64,000 bases of DNA from the NCBI GenBank assembly GCA_934182615.1, contig CAKPRO010000008.1:7157-71156 (forward strand). Direction: 5' to 3'. This DNA comes from an uncultured Bacilli bacterium. GTDB lineage: Bacteria > Bacillota_I > Bacilli_A > RF39 > UBA660. The translations under genes and the position numbers were made by a program. Below, in pieces: positions 54,304 through 63,990 of the stretch (position 1 is the stretch's first letter; the number at the start of each line of letters is the position of its first letter). Under the pieces are notes generated by a model. The model was given only the letters and a program-made list of their open reading frames with translations, had not been told where the DNA came from and did no database searches.

Positions 54304-56928
54304 ATGAAAATAAACAGAAAAGGCTTTACTTTGATAGAATTATTAGGAGTAATAGTTATATTATCTTTAGTTGTAGGGTTTGCTACTTATGGGGTTATTA
54401 ATGCACTAAATAATTCTAAAGAACAAGCGAGTATTATTTCTGAGAGTAGTATAATGGCAGCGGCTACGACATTTTCTACGGAGAAAAATGATGATAATGA
54501 TCGCTGGGTAGATGTTAGTGGTAGTGATAGTAAGTATTTTTGTACGACTGTTGAAGAACTTATTAATAATGGTCTTCTTGATAAGAACGCTAAGTTTAAA
54601 GATGATAATATTGATAAGTATTCTTATATTGCTATAAAGAAAAATAAGGTTACTTTCACTACTAGTATTCCTATTATACTTACGGATACTAGTAGTGATG
54701 ATTATACTATTTGTAGTGGTAATATTAAGAATGAAGATATAATTAGTTATCCTACTCTTGGTAGTAGTAGTCCTTATACGGATACGTTAGAGGTTAATTT
54801 TACTGATGGTAAGGCAGAATCCACTATTAAGGATAGGACTTGTGAATATGGATATTATCCTGGACAAAGTTATGGTAAAGGTACTGTTAGTAATGGAAAA
54901 TGTGTCTTTGAAGGGTTAAGAGACAATAGTACTTATTATGTTAGAGTATGTATGACTACTGAAAAGAATAGTTATATTTGTTCTAATTCTGAAAGTAGAA
55001 AAACATTAAAAGTTCAAGGATCAACTTTTAGTACTAATGAAGATAAAATTAATATTAAATATGATAATACTGGAATAAAAGGTGAAGGTGGTTATTACTT
55101 TAGTATTCCAATGTCGGGTACTAGTGCTTCTGGTGTGAAAAAGTGTACTATTGTAGAAGATGAAAGTACTAGTCAAGATGCTTTTAGTAGACATAAATAT
55201 ATAATTAATTGTAGTGATGAGACTACGAATACTATTGAAGCTGATACTTGGTATAAGAGTGATACTATAACACCAGTAATAACAGTTACTGAGGGTAATG
55301 GTGGCCAACTTGAGACATATACTTATGATAAGAGTGGTAACTATATACATAATTATGATAATATTTATTCACGGGGAATTACTTTTTCTAAGGGAGAAGC
55401 TGATACGATAGATGGTAAAGCAGAAGATATTTATAAGACTTGTGTTAGTACAGATTATAGTTGTAATATTACTTCTCCTAGTATTGAAAAAGAAGGATAT
55501 ACAATAGTAGGATGGGGATTATCTGGTAGTACTACTAGTAGTTGGGATCCTAAGACTTCTAAGAGTGTTAATGGTGATTATATTTATTATCCTATTTTTA
55601 AAAATAGAGTTAATATCCAACTTAGTGTTAATGGTGGTAATTTAACTTCTATAACTGTATCTAATAATAAAGCATATTATTGGAAGACTGATAGTAGTGG
55701 TATTATTTATAAGTCTACGGATTATGGTCAAAAATATGATAAGAATTTTTTTTATATGAATAATGGTGCTACTTTAGGTGGTGATGGGTTACCTAATTAT
55801 AATAATGCTGAATATATTAATATTACTAGAGATGGTTATACTGTTATTAATGATAGTGAATGGATATGTTTAAGTGGATGTAGTACTTCTAATAAAGTAT
55901 TTAGTCAATCTAAGGCTTATAAATCTTCTGAATTTTGTGATGCTAGCAGCGATAGTTGTACTGTTGTATTAGGAGTTAATTGGCAGAATGCTTATAAAAT
56001 TAGTTATGATGCTAATGGTGGTAGTGGGGCTCCTAAAAGTCAAACTAAAGAAAAAGATAAAAATATTACTTTATCAGGAACTAAACCTACGAGAAGTGGT
56101 TATACTTTTCTTTATTGGAATACTAAGAAAGATGGATCGGGAGATAGTTATATGTCTGGTGGGACATATATTGATAATGCAAGTGTAACTTTATATGCAC
56201 AGTGGAGAGATAATAAACAAACATTAACTTATAATAATAATGGTGGTAGTGGTTGTACTTCTAAAAAAGTTACTAAAGGATCGGCATATGGTTATTTATG
56301 TACTCCTACGAGAAGTGGTTATACTTTTGTAGGATGGTTTGATGCTAATTATAAAGATAGTCCACTTAATTACTATGCAGACAATAATAGTGATGTTTAT
56401 GCTTATTTTAAATATGATGCTTCTTTATTATATAAACATTATTTAACTTATGGTAAGAGTGAAAATAGACGTATTTCACAGTATATATCTACAGATATCT
56501 TTAATGAAGCGGGAGATAAAACTATATATGCTGGTTGGATTAAATTCTTTATATTAGAGTCTATTACACCACTAGAACAAGTTGATTATGCGACTGTGGC
56601 AACTTTTACTTATGCTCCTTATGTTTGTAGAAGTAGTTTAGGTATTAATACTTCAAATTGTACTATTCAAGTTAGAAGTCCTGACTGTGCTATTAAGAGT
56701 TCAGCTGGTGCAACTACTAACTGTTTGAGTTCTGATGAATGGCATGATATTAGTGGAGTTACTATTAATGCATATTATTATACTAGTAATAGTAATGTTA
56801 GTAGTGCTACTGCTAGTACAAATAATAGTAGGCATTGTATTGATTATAGGGCTGTTGGTACTGATAGTTCAGGTAATTATATTGCTTCAGATAATTATAT
56901 TACTAGTTGTTATACAATAGTGAGATAG
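54304..56928 (+). CDS. Giant (874 aa) prepilin-type N-terminal-domain protein with Listeria-Bacteroides (Flg_new) repeats
   Basis: Class III signal MKINRKGFTLIELLGVIVILSLV. Two repeats are seen: Y.ISYDANGGSGAP...TRSGYTFLYWNT and LTYNNNGGSGC...TRSGYTFVGWF. Confidence 0.75.
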   Translation: MKINRKGFTLIELLGVIVILSLVVGFATYGVINALNNSKEQASIISESSIMAAATTFSTEKNDDNDRWVDVSGSDSKYFCTTVEELINNGLLDKNAKFKDDNIDKYSYIAIKKNKVTFTTSIPIILTDTSSDDYTICSGNIKNEDIISYPTLGSSSPYTDTLEVNFTDGKAESTIKDRTCEYGYYPGQSYGKGTVSNGKCVFEGLRDNSTYYVRVCMTTEKNSYICSNSESRKTLKVQGSTFSTNEDKINIKYDNTGIKGEGGYYFSIPMSGTSASGVKKCTIVEDESTSQDAFSRHKYIINCSDETTNTIEADTWYKSDTITPVITVTEGNGGQLETYTYDKSGNYIHNYDNIYSRGITFSKGEADTIDGKAEDIYKTCVSTDYSCNITSPSIEKEGYTIVGWGLSGSTTSSWDPKTSKSVNGDYIYYPIFKNRVNIQLSVNGGNLTSITVSNNKAYYWKTDSSGIIYKSTDYGQKYDKNFFYMNNGATLGGDGLPNYNNAEYINITRDGYTVINDSEWICLSGCSTSNKVFSQSKAYKSSEFCDASSDSCTVVLGVNWQNAYKISYDANGGSGAPKSQTKEKDKNITLSGTKPTRSGYTFLYWNTKKDGSGDSYMSGGTYIDNASVTLYAQWRDNKQTLTYNNNGGSGCTSKKVTKGSAYGYLCTPTRSGYTFVGWFDANYKDSPLNYYADNNSDVYAYFKYDASLLYKHYLTYGKSENRRISQYISTDIFNEAGDKTIYAGWIKFFILESITPLEQVDYATVATFTYAPYVCRSSLGINTSNCTIQVRSPDCAIKSSAGATTNCLSSDEWHDISGVTINAYYYTSNSNVSSATASTNNSRHCIDYRAVGTDSSGNYIASDNYITSCYTIVR

Positions 56929-56936
56929 GTGATGTT

Positions 56937-57242
56937 ATGAAAAAGGAAAAGATACTAAAGATTTTATGTATTATACTTGTTATTTTACTGATTATATTTA
57001 TTATTCTTCCTATTATATATAAGAAGAAAGATAATAATACTAATAGTGTATTTGATGTTAATGCTGCGATTAGGATAGTAAAAGATAAGTATGATGTTAA
57101 GAAGGATTCTATTATTTATATAGATGAGGATGATAATTATATTATTTATGGTAAAGATAAGGATAATAATACTAAGATGTATATTGTTAATAAGGAAACA
57201 AAGCTAGTTACTGTAAAAAGTTTTGATACTAAGGCTGGATAA
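56937..57242 (+). CDS. Small membrane-anchored protein
   Basis: ATG follows AGGTGA. It has an N-terminal TM segment. Confidence 0.5.
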   Translation: MKKEKILKILCIILVILLIIFIILPIIYKKKDNNTNSVFDVNAAIRIVKDKYDVKKDSIIYIDEDDNYIIYGKDKDNNTKMYIVNKETKLVTVKSFDTKAG

Positions 57243-57326
57243 TGATAAAATACCTTCACAATATTTGTTATATTGAATACAATAATATGACAGATATATA
57301 ACACCCTATTGGGAAGTGAGGTATTT

Positions 57327-57533
57327 ATGAATAAAGGTATTTTAACTAAAAGAGAAAAAGAAGTATTTTTACTACTAATAGAGAATAAGACTACTAAAGA
57401 GATAGCGGATAATTTGAATATTAGTGAAAAGACTGTTAGAAATCATATTTCTAATACTATGCAGAAATTATCTGTTAAGGGTAGAGCTCAGGCTGTAGTA
57501 GAGTTAATTAGATTAGGAGAAATTACTTTATAG
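57327..57533 (+). CDS. gerE: Sporulation transcription regulator GerE (LuxR-type HTH)
   Basis: LTKREKEVFLLLIENKTTKEIADNLNISEKTVRNHISNTMQKLSVKGRAQAVVELIRLGE is nearly colinear with B. subtilis GerE. Confidence 0.88.
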   Translation: MNKGILTKREKEVFLLLIENKTTKEIADNLNISEKTVRNHISNTMQKLSVKGRAQAVVELIRLGEITL

Positions 57534-57560
57534 CACTTATTATAGTGCTTTTTCTTTTTG

Positions 57561-57619
57561 CCCCTTCATCCTATGGTATTCCGGGGTATGAGAAGGCCTA
57601 AGGTCCTTCTCATAAGGGG
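57561..57619 (-). repeat. Hairpin repeat, copy D' (reverse type)
   Basis: tatgagaagg/ccttctcata (57587-57614) with loop cctaaggt, nested in the outer pairing cccctt/aagggg. Confidence 0.6.
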
Positions 57620-57640
57620 ATATTTATTTGGGATTATCTT

Positions 57641-57745
57641 GGTTAGTAAGTTTACATCGTGGATATGATATCTTATAATCATTTACTTATAGACTATGAT
57701 AATAGGCTATAAGTAATATGAAATGACTTAGGCATTTCATAATAT
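57641..57745 (+). repeat. Double-hairpin intergenic repeat, copy D (forward type)
   Basis: H1 is tacttatag/ctataagta with loop actatgataatagg. H2 is tatgaaatg/catttcata with loop acttagg. Confidence 0.75.
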
Positions 57746-57840
57746 AAAACATAATAAAAATATGTAAAAAAGCATATATTTTAATATAATTATATCTTTT
57801 TTTTAATTATTTTGATATAATGAAGTAGGAGAGTGATATA

Positions 57841-58935
57841 GTGAGAGTAATAATATCTGCTGGAGGAACAGGAGGACATATATATCCTGCTTTAGCTATA
57901 ATTAATAAAATAAAAGAAGAAGAACCAGATAGTGAAATATTATATATAGGAACTACTGATAGAATGGAAAAAGATTTAATACCTAGTTTAGGTTATAAAT
58001 ATGAAGCATTAGAAGTAAAAGGATTAAAGAGAAAATTAACTTTAGATAATATTAAGACAGTTACTTGTTTTATATCCGCTATTAAAAGAGCAAAGGAAAT
58101 AATTAAAGATTTTGATCCAGATATCGTAATAGGATGCGGAGGTTATGTAACTGCTCCTGTTATATATGCCGCTAAAAAGTTAGGTAAAAGAACATTTATC
58201 CATGAACAAAATAGTGTTGTAGGACTTGCTAATAAATTCTTATCTAGATATACTGATAAAGTAGGAGTATCTTTTGAAAGTACTATTAAAGATTTTCCTA
58301 AAGATAAAGCTATACTTACTGGTAATCCTTGTAGTGAGAAGGCTCTATCAATAAAGGCTACTACTAAAGATAAATTAGGCGTAGATAAAGATAAAAAACT
58401 AGTATTAATAGTAATGGGTTCACTTGGTAGTAGAAGTGTTAATGATCGAATCTTTAGTTTTGTAGATAAATTTAGAAATAAAAACTATAGTGTAATAATA
58501 GTTACAGGTAATAGTTATTATGAAAGAGTAAAAGAAAGAAGAGTACCAGATAATGTTAAGGTAGTACCATTTATCTATGAAATGCCTTCAGTTATGAAGA
58601 TTACAGATTTAATGGTAACAAGAGCAGGAGCTTCTACGATGAGTGAAATAACAGCTTTAGGAGTACCCGCTATATTTATACCAAGTCCATATGTAGCTAA
58701 TAACCATCAATATAAAAATGCTAAAGATTTAGTAGATCAAAATGCTGGTATTATGTTAGAAGAAAAAGATATGACTGATAGAAGTCTAATAGAATTAATA
58801 GATAAGACATTAAATGATAAAGAAAAGATTAAGGATATTAAAGATAATTTAAAGAAGATTGGTATTAAAGATAGTAGTACAAGAATATATAATATTTTAA
58901 AGGATTTGATTATAAATGATAGAAAATTTTATTAA
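57841..58935 (+). CDS. murG: UDP-N-acetylglucosamine--N-acetylmuramyl-(pentapeptide) pyrophosphoryl-undecaprenol GlcNAc transferase
   Basis: GTG start. GGTGGHIYPALA N-terminus and a MurG-like C-domain. Confidence 0.92.
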   Translation: MRVIISAGGTGGHIYPALAIINKIKEEEPDSEILYIGTTDRMEKDLIPSLGYKYEALEVKGLKRKLTLDNIKTVTCFISAIKRAKEIIKDFDPDIVIGCGGYVTAPVIYAAKKLGKRTFIHEQNSVVGLANKFLSRYTDKVGVSFESTIKDFPKDKAILTGNPCSEKALSIKATTKDKLGVDKDKKLVLIVMGSLGSRSVNDRIFSFVDKFRNKNYSVIIVTGNSYYERVKERRVPDNVKVVPFIYEMPSVMKITDLMVTRAGASTMSEITALGVPAIFIPSPYVANNHQYKNAKDLVDQNAGIMLEEKDMTDRSLIELIDKTLNDKEKIKDIKDNLKKIGIKDSSTRIYNILKDLIINDRKFY

Positions 58936-59797
58936 GAATTATGAGTATTATAAGAATGTTGATTTAAAAAAATATAATACTTATCGTTTAGAATGTTATA
59001 CTGATTATTTAATATTTCCTAAAGATATAAATGAATTAGTAGAACTATTAGATTATTTAAGACAAAATAGAATTAATTATATTATCTTAGGAGGAGGCTC
59101 TAATATAATTCTTGCTAAACCTTGCTTTGATGTTGTAATAAAATTAGATAAATTAAATAATATTACTATTAATGATAATATTGTAGTAGCAGAAGCAGGC
59201 GTACCTCTTATTAAGCTAGCTAATGAATGTATGAAAAATAATTTAGATGGTCTAGCTTTTGCTGGTGGTATACCTGGTATGGTTGGGGCAAGTACTTCAA
59301 TGAATGCAGGAGCATATAATGAAGATATGTCTATGGTAGTAAAAGAAGTAAAAGTAATAGATCCTGATTTAAAAATAATTACTTTAAATAAAGAAGAATT
59401 AGAATATGCTTATCGAGATTCTTTTCTTAAAAGAAATAAAGATTATGTTTGTATAGAGACTACTTTTGAAATGAAATATAAAGATAAAGAAGAGATAAAG
59501 AATATAATGAACGATCGAAAAAATAGACGAGTAGCTTCTCAGCCACTAGATAAACCTAGTGCTGGCTCAGTATTTAGAAATCCTCCTGGTATGTCTGCTG
59601 GTAAATTAATTGAAGATGCTGGTCTTAAAGGATACATTCATGGTGGGGCTATGATTAGTGATAAACATGCTAATTTTATAATTAATAATGGTACTGCTAC
59701 TTACGAAGATATTATTATGCTAATTGATTATATTAAAGAAAGAATTAAAATAATTTATGATATAGATTTAATATTAGAACAAGAAATAATAAGGTGA
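58916..59797 (+). CDS. murB: UDP-N-acetylenolpyruvoylglucosamine reductase
   Basis: FAD-binding domain (ILGGGSNI) and the block PSAGSVFRNP. Confidence 0.92.
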   Translation: MIENFIKNYEYYKNVDLKKYNTYRLECYTDYLIFPKDINELVELLDYLRQNRINYIILGGGSNIILAKPCFDVVIKLDKLNNITINDNIVVAEAGVPLIKLANECMKNNLDGLAFAGGIPGMVGASTSMNAGAYNEDMSMVVKEVKVIDPDLKIITLNKEELEYAYRDSFLKRNKDYVCIETTFEMKYKDKEEIKNIMNDRKNRRVASQPLDKPSAGSVFRNPPGMSAGKLIEDAGLKGYIHGGAMISDKHANFIINNGTATYEDIIMLIDYIKERIKIIYDIDLILEQEIIR

Positions 59798-59801
59798 TGT
59801 T

Positions 59802-60491
59802 ATGCCAGAAAAAAAGAAAATAAAGGTTAAGGTTAAAAAAAGAAGATTAAAAGTAAAGAAGATACTTATAACTTTATTAATTATTGGTATATTAGTATTA
59901 TCTTTTCTTTATATTAAAAGATTACCAATTACTAATATATATATAGTAGGTAATAATATATTATCTGATAAAGAAATTATTGATATTTCTGGTATTGGTA
60001 ATTATCCATCTTTTATTACTACTTTAGGTAGTAATATCAAAGATAATTTAATGGAAAATAATTATATTAAAAAAATAAAAGTACAAAAGAAAATATGGGG
60101 TAAAGTATATATTTATGTTACGGAAAAGAAAGTACTAGCTTTATATAACGATAAACTCTTATTAGAAGATGGCCTATTAGTAGATAACAATTATAATGTC
60201 ATGAGTGCTCCTATATTAATTGGAGATATTACTAGTGTTAAAGAGAAATTTATTAAGAAATTCTCATTAGTAGATAATGATGTCTTGCTTAAAATATCAG
60301 AAATTAGTTATGTACCTAATGAAGTAGATAGTGAAAGATTTTCATTAAAAATGAATGATGGTAATCTAGTATATATAACATTACCTAAAATAACAAAGAT
60401 AAATAAATATAATAGTATATATTCAGGATTAGAAGGTAAAAAAGGTATTATTTACTTAGATTCTGGTGATTATGTTGAAGTGAAGGAATAG
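59802..60491 (+). CDS. divIB: Cell division protein DivIB/FtsQ (POTRA)
   Basis: Basic N-terminus, a TM segment, then a POTRA-like I.NIYIVGNNILSDKEI. It lies downstream of murG-murB. Confidence 0.75.
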   Translation: MPEKKKIKVKVKKRRLKVKKILITLLIIGILVLSFLYIKRLPITNIYIVGNNILSDKEIIDISGIGNYPSFITTLGSNIKDNLMENNYIKKIKVQKKIWGKVYIYVTEKKVLALYNDKLLLEDGLLVDNNYNVMSAPILIGDITSVKEKFIKKFSLVDNDVLLKISEISYVPNEVDSERFSLKMNDGNLVYITLPKITKINKYNSIYSGLEGKKGIIYLDSGDYVEVKE

Positions 60492-60493
60492 TT

Positions 60494-61102
60494 TTATTCC
60501 TTCTTATCTTTTATTATGTAATAGTTATCAATATTACTAAACTTATTTTTTAGTTCTTCTAATTCATTATTATTATGAATAGTCCATAAAAATATTTCTT
60601 TATCTTTAATCTTTTTTATTTTATTATTACTTATTAATTTATAATTAGTAATAATAAAATCATAATTATTTCTTCTGTAAAGTAATGTAATTATTCCTTT
60701 CTTATATTTACTTTTAATATACTTAATAATATTCTTATCAAAAGAAGCTAAATAAATATTTTTATTATAATTATTTAGAGTATTCATAAGAATATCTCCA
60801 AATACTTTATAGTTATTATTAGTTTTAATATCAATTAAAAATATTTTATTAGTATCAATATCAAGAATCTTATCTAAAGTAGTTAGATAATTATTTTTAA
60901 TTAAATCACTATAGATGGTTTCTTCAATAACATTTAAATTAATAAGAGAATTGTGTGATAAAACTATTTTGTGATCTTTAGTTAGTCTTATATCAAATTC
61001 TACACCTATACTTTCTTTATTTTTAAGGGCTTTTTTAATAGCGTGATAAGAATTTTCTTTAATATTTTTAGAGGTTATTCCTCGATGGATAATATATTTC
61101 AT
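60494..61102 (-). CDS. Glycerophosphodiester phosphodiesterase family protein
   Basis: MKYIIHRG...ENS..A...A......VEFDIRLTKD..IVLSHN. The start is uncertain: 61102 or 61159, and neither has a clear RBS. Confidence 0.65.
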   Translation of the reverse strand: MKYIIHRGITSKNIKENSYHAIKKALKNKESIGVEFDIRLTKDHKIVLSHNSLINLNVIEETIYSDLIKNNYLTTLDKILDIDTNKIFLIDIKTNNNYKVFGDILMNTLNNYNKNIYLASFDKNIIKYIKSKYKKGIITLLYRRNNYDFIITNYKLISNNKIKKIKDKEIFLWTIHNNNELEELKNKFSNIDNYYIIKDKKE

Positions 61103-61173
61103 AATTAATTTTATGAAATATATTGAAAAAAAATTAATTTTATGATAACATTTAATCATAGGAGGATAAGAAA

Positions 61174-62832
61174 ATGAGGAGTAAAAAAATATTGAGTTTA
61201 TTTATGTTTATGATGGGAATCTTTTTTATCTTTTCATCAAAAACACTAGCTTATGAAATAGGGGTATATTATAATGGCTCTGAAAGTAACAAAAATGAAA
61301 ATTATACAGAAGTTACTGGACTAGGGGGAACTAATACATTTGTTATGCACGCTACTAAAGAAGATGGTAATGATATTAGCAGACTTGTATATTGCGGTGA
61401 TGCCACTAAAGGTAATCCAAGAATAGAAGAAAATGGATATGTTAATTGGAACTGTAGTCCACTGTCTACTAACGCAGATCAACTAAGATATATATTTGCT
61501 AATGGTTATCAATATAAGTCCACTATGAGCGATAGTGATAAGAATGAATTCTTTAAAACGCAATTAGCAGTATGGTATTATACAGATAGTGGAAAAATAT
61601 TTAATAACTATGGTAAAGATGCTAATGGTAATTTAGATGGTACTTATAATGGTAGTAGTGATAGTACTGCTGCTGGTATTGCTAAATTAGTAAAAGACGC
61701 TCAAAACTATGCAAATAATTCAACACCATCTGTAAGCGTTTCTATTGACGGTGGTGATAAGACAATGTCTGTTACTAGTGATGGTAAATATTATATAAGT
61801 AAAGCAATTACTTTAGGTGGTAGTAACATAAGTGGTAACATAACAGTTACTATCTCAGGACCTAATGGAGCATTTGTTACATCTGATAAAAATGCGACAA
61901 CAGGTAGTAGTTCTTTTGCAAATGGTAGCAAAGTTTATATTAAAGTGCCTACTGGTTCAGTTGGTGATAAAGCTTTTTCAAAACTAACTGCTAGTGGTAG
62001 TGGAAAAGTATATACTGGTGGTGTATATAGATGTACACACGTTACTGGTAGTGGTAATGTACAGGATATAATTGATTATGTACCAAGCGAAGAAGCAAAA
62101 ACCGCTACTGACGATATTACAGTAACTGCTACTAAAAATATGGTATATATATCAAAAACAGATATAACTGGTTCTAAAGAAATAGAAGGTGCAGAATTAG
62201 TTATTAAACAAGGAGATACTAAAATTGTTAGTTGGACTTCAACAACAACACCATATGGATATTATTTAGCTCCAGGAACATATACTTTAGAAGAAACTAT
62301 TGCTCCTAAAGGATATATTAAAAGTACTTCAAAGATAACTTTTGTTGTAAAAGATAATGGTAAAGTAACAGTAGATGGTAAAGAAGTAACATCAGTAGTT
62401 ATGAAAAATGAACCAATAACAGTAATTATATCTAAAAAGAGTATTAATGGTAAAACGGAACTTCCTGGTGCAAAGTTAAAAATAACTGACAAAGATGGTA
62501 ATATTTTAAAAGATATAGAAGGTAATGATCTAGAGTGGACTTCTACTACTAAAGAAAAAAGTTTTCATTTAGCACCTGGTACTTATTATTTAACAGAAAC
62601 TATTGCTCCAGATGGATACGAATTATCTGATACAACAATAGAATTTACAGTTACTGAAGATGGTAAAGTAAAAATGAATAAAAAGGATGTTGATGGTAAT
62701 TTAATTGTATTTACAAATACACCAGAAGCAACTGAAGTAAAAACAGGTAGTTTTATAATATATATAGTAATTATTGGTGCAGTAGCAGTAGGTTTAGTTA
62801 CTTACTATGTTATGAAAAAACAAGAGGCATAA
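61174..62832 (+). CDS. Surface adhesin with thioester (TQxA) domain and two SpaA/CnaB-type domains
   Basis: Signal peptide. VYCGD plus TQLAVWYY form the thioester pair. Two G.Y.L.ETIAP.GY modules follow. The C-terminal segment is EVKTG, a hydrophobic stretch, then KKQEA. Confidence 0.75.
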   Translation: MRSKKILSLFMFMMGIFFIFSSKTLAYEIGVYYNGSESNKNENYTEVTGLGGTNTFVMHATKEDGNDISRLVYCGDATKGNPRIEENGYVNWNCSPLSTNADQLRYIFANGYQYKSTMSDSDKNEFFKTQLAVWYYTDSGKIFNNYGKDANGNLDGTYNGSSDSTAAGIAKLVKDAQNYANNSTPSVSVSIDGGDKTMSVTSDGKYYISKAITLGGSNISGNITVTISGPNGAFVTSDKNATTGSSSFANGSKVYIKVPTGSVGDKAFSKLTASGSGKVYTGGVYRCTHVTGSGNVQDIIDYVPSEEAKTATDDITVTATKNMVYISKTDITGSKEIEGAELVIKQGDTKIVSWTSTTTPYGYYLAPGTYTLEETIAPKGYIKSTSKITFVVKDNGKVTVDGKEVTSVVMKNEPITVIISKKSINGKTELPGAKLKITDKDGNILKDIEGNDLEWTSTTKEKSFHLAPGTYYLTETIAPDGYELSDTTIEFTVTEDGKVKMNKKDVDGNLIVFTNTPEATEVKTGSFIIYIVIIGAVAVGLVTYYVMKKQEA

Positions 62833-62864
62833 GGAATTATGCTTCTTTTAATTGGAAAAATATA

Positions 62865-62960
62865 GGTTAGAAAGTATTTCACCGTGAATATAATATCTTA
62901 TAATTATTTATGACTAGACTATAGGCTAGTCATAACCAAGAAAGACTAAGGCTTTCTTGG
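62865..62960 (+). repeat. Double-hairpin intergenic repeat, copy E (forward type)
   Basis: Box ttcaccgtgaa at 62878-62888. H1 is tatgactag/ctagtcata (62909-62934) with loop actatagg. H2 is ccaagaaag/ctttcttgg (62936-62960) with loop actaagg. Confidence 0.8.
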
Positions 62961-62989
62961 AATAAAATAGAAAAATTACATAAAAATAG

Positions 62990-63018
62990 TTGTAATTTAA
63001 TATAATATATGGTACAAT
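62990..63018 (+). promoter_or_regulatory. rplS promoter
   Basis: TTGTAA, 17-nt spacer, TACAAT, with a TGg extended -10. Confidence 0.55.
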
Positions 63019-63024
63019 TATATT

Positions 63025-63089
63025 CGTTATGGGATAATCCGCCTATAAAATATAGTGATTATCTGAAAAGGAAAGGAAGTGTATATACG
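63025..63089 (+). ncRNA. Candidate L19 (rplS) leader
   Basis: The 5' UTR hairpin gataatc/gattatc encloses ctata-aaa-tatag, just upstream of the RBS. Position and size fit the Firmicute L19 leader. Sequence identity was not checked. Confidence 0.35.
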
Positions 63090-63440
63090 ATGGACATTAT
63101 TGACAAAATAACTGCTAGTCAAATGAAAAAAGATTTACCTGAATTCAGAGTAGGAGATTCTGTTATAGTAGGATGTATTATTACTGAAACTAAAGGTGGA
63201 AAATCTAAAGAAAGAGTCCAAGACTTTAAAGGTACAGTTATCGCAAGAAAAGGTAAAGGAGTATCTGAAACTTTCACTGTAAGAGGAGAGTACTCTGGTA
63301 TTGGAGTAGAAAAAACTTTCCATGTACATTCTAATAAAGTTGCTTATATTAAGATTGTTAAACCAGGTAAAGTTAGAAGAGCTAAATTATATTTCTTAAG
63401 AGACAGAAAGAGTAAGTATAATATTAAAGAAAGAAGATAA
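63090..63440 (+). CDS. rplS: 50S ribosomal protein L19
   Basis: MDIIDKITASQMKKDLPEFRVGDSV... is typical L19. ATG 63090 follows GGAAAGGAAG. The upstream extension in the ORF track is spurious. Confidence 0.93.
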   Translation: MDIIDKITASQMKKDLPEFRVGDSVIVGCIITETKGGKSKERVQDFKGTVIARKGKGVSETFTVRGEYSGIGVEKTFHVHSNKVAYIKIVKPGKVRRAKLYFLRDRKSKYNIKERR

Positions 63441-63477
63441 TAGCTTAGCTATTGTCTTTTTATTTTAGAGGTGAATA

Positions 63478-63990
63478 ATGAAAAATATAATTAAAGAATT
63501 ATTACCATATGTTTTAATATTAGGTGGAGTTATCTTAATTAGAACTTTTATAATTACTCCTGTTATAGTAAGTGGAGATTCTATGAAACCTAATTTACAT
63601 AGTGGTGAAGTGTTATTAGAGAGAAAGATTGGTTATAATAGTTCTAATATTAAAAGATTTGATATCGTTGTAATTAAAGAAGGTAAAGAAGAAATTATTA
63701 AGAGAGTAATAGGATTACCTGGTGAACATATTAGTTATAAGAATAATAAATTATATGTTAATTATGAAGTGTTAGAAGAGAATTTTGATTTTAGAAAAAC
63801 TAATGATTTTAACTTAGAAGAGATATGTTCTTGCACTAGTATTCCAGAAGGTAAATATCTTGTACTAGGAGATAATAGACCTATATCAAAAGATAGTAGA
63901 ATGATTGGCCTTATAGATGAAAAAGATATTTTAGGTAAAACGGTATATCGTATTTGGCCTATATCTAAATTTGGAAATATATATAATTAG
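63478..63990 (+). CDS. lepB: Signal peptidase I (P-type, Ser/Lys)
   Basis: SGDSMKPN, KRVIGLPGE and GDNRPISKDSR boxes. Confidence 0.9.
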   Translation: MKNIIKELLPYVLILGGVILIRTFIITPVIVSGDSMKPNLHSGEVLLERKIGYNSSNIKRFDIVVIKEGKEEIIKRVIGLPGEHISYKNNKLYVNYEVLEENFDFRKTNDFNLEEICSCTSIPEGKYLVLGDNRPISKDSRMIGLIDEKDILGKTVYRIWPISKFGNIYN

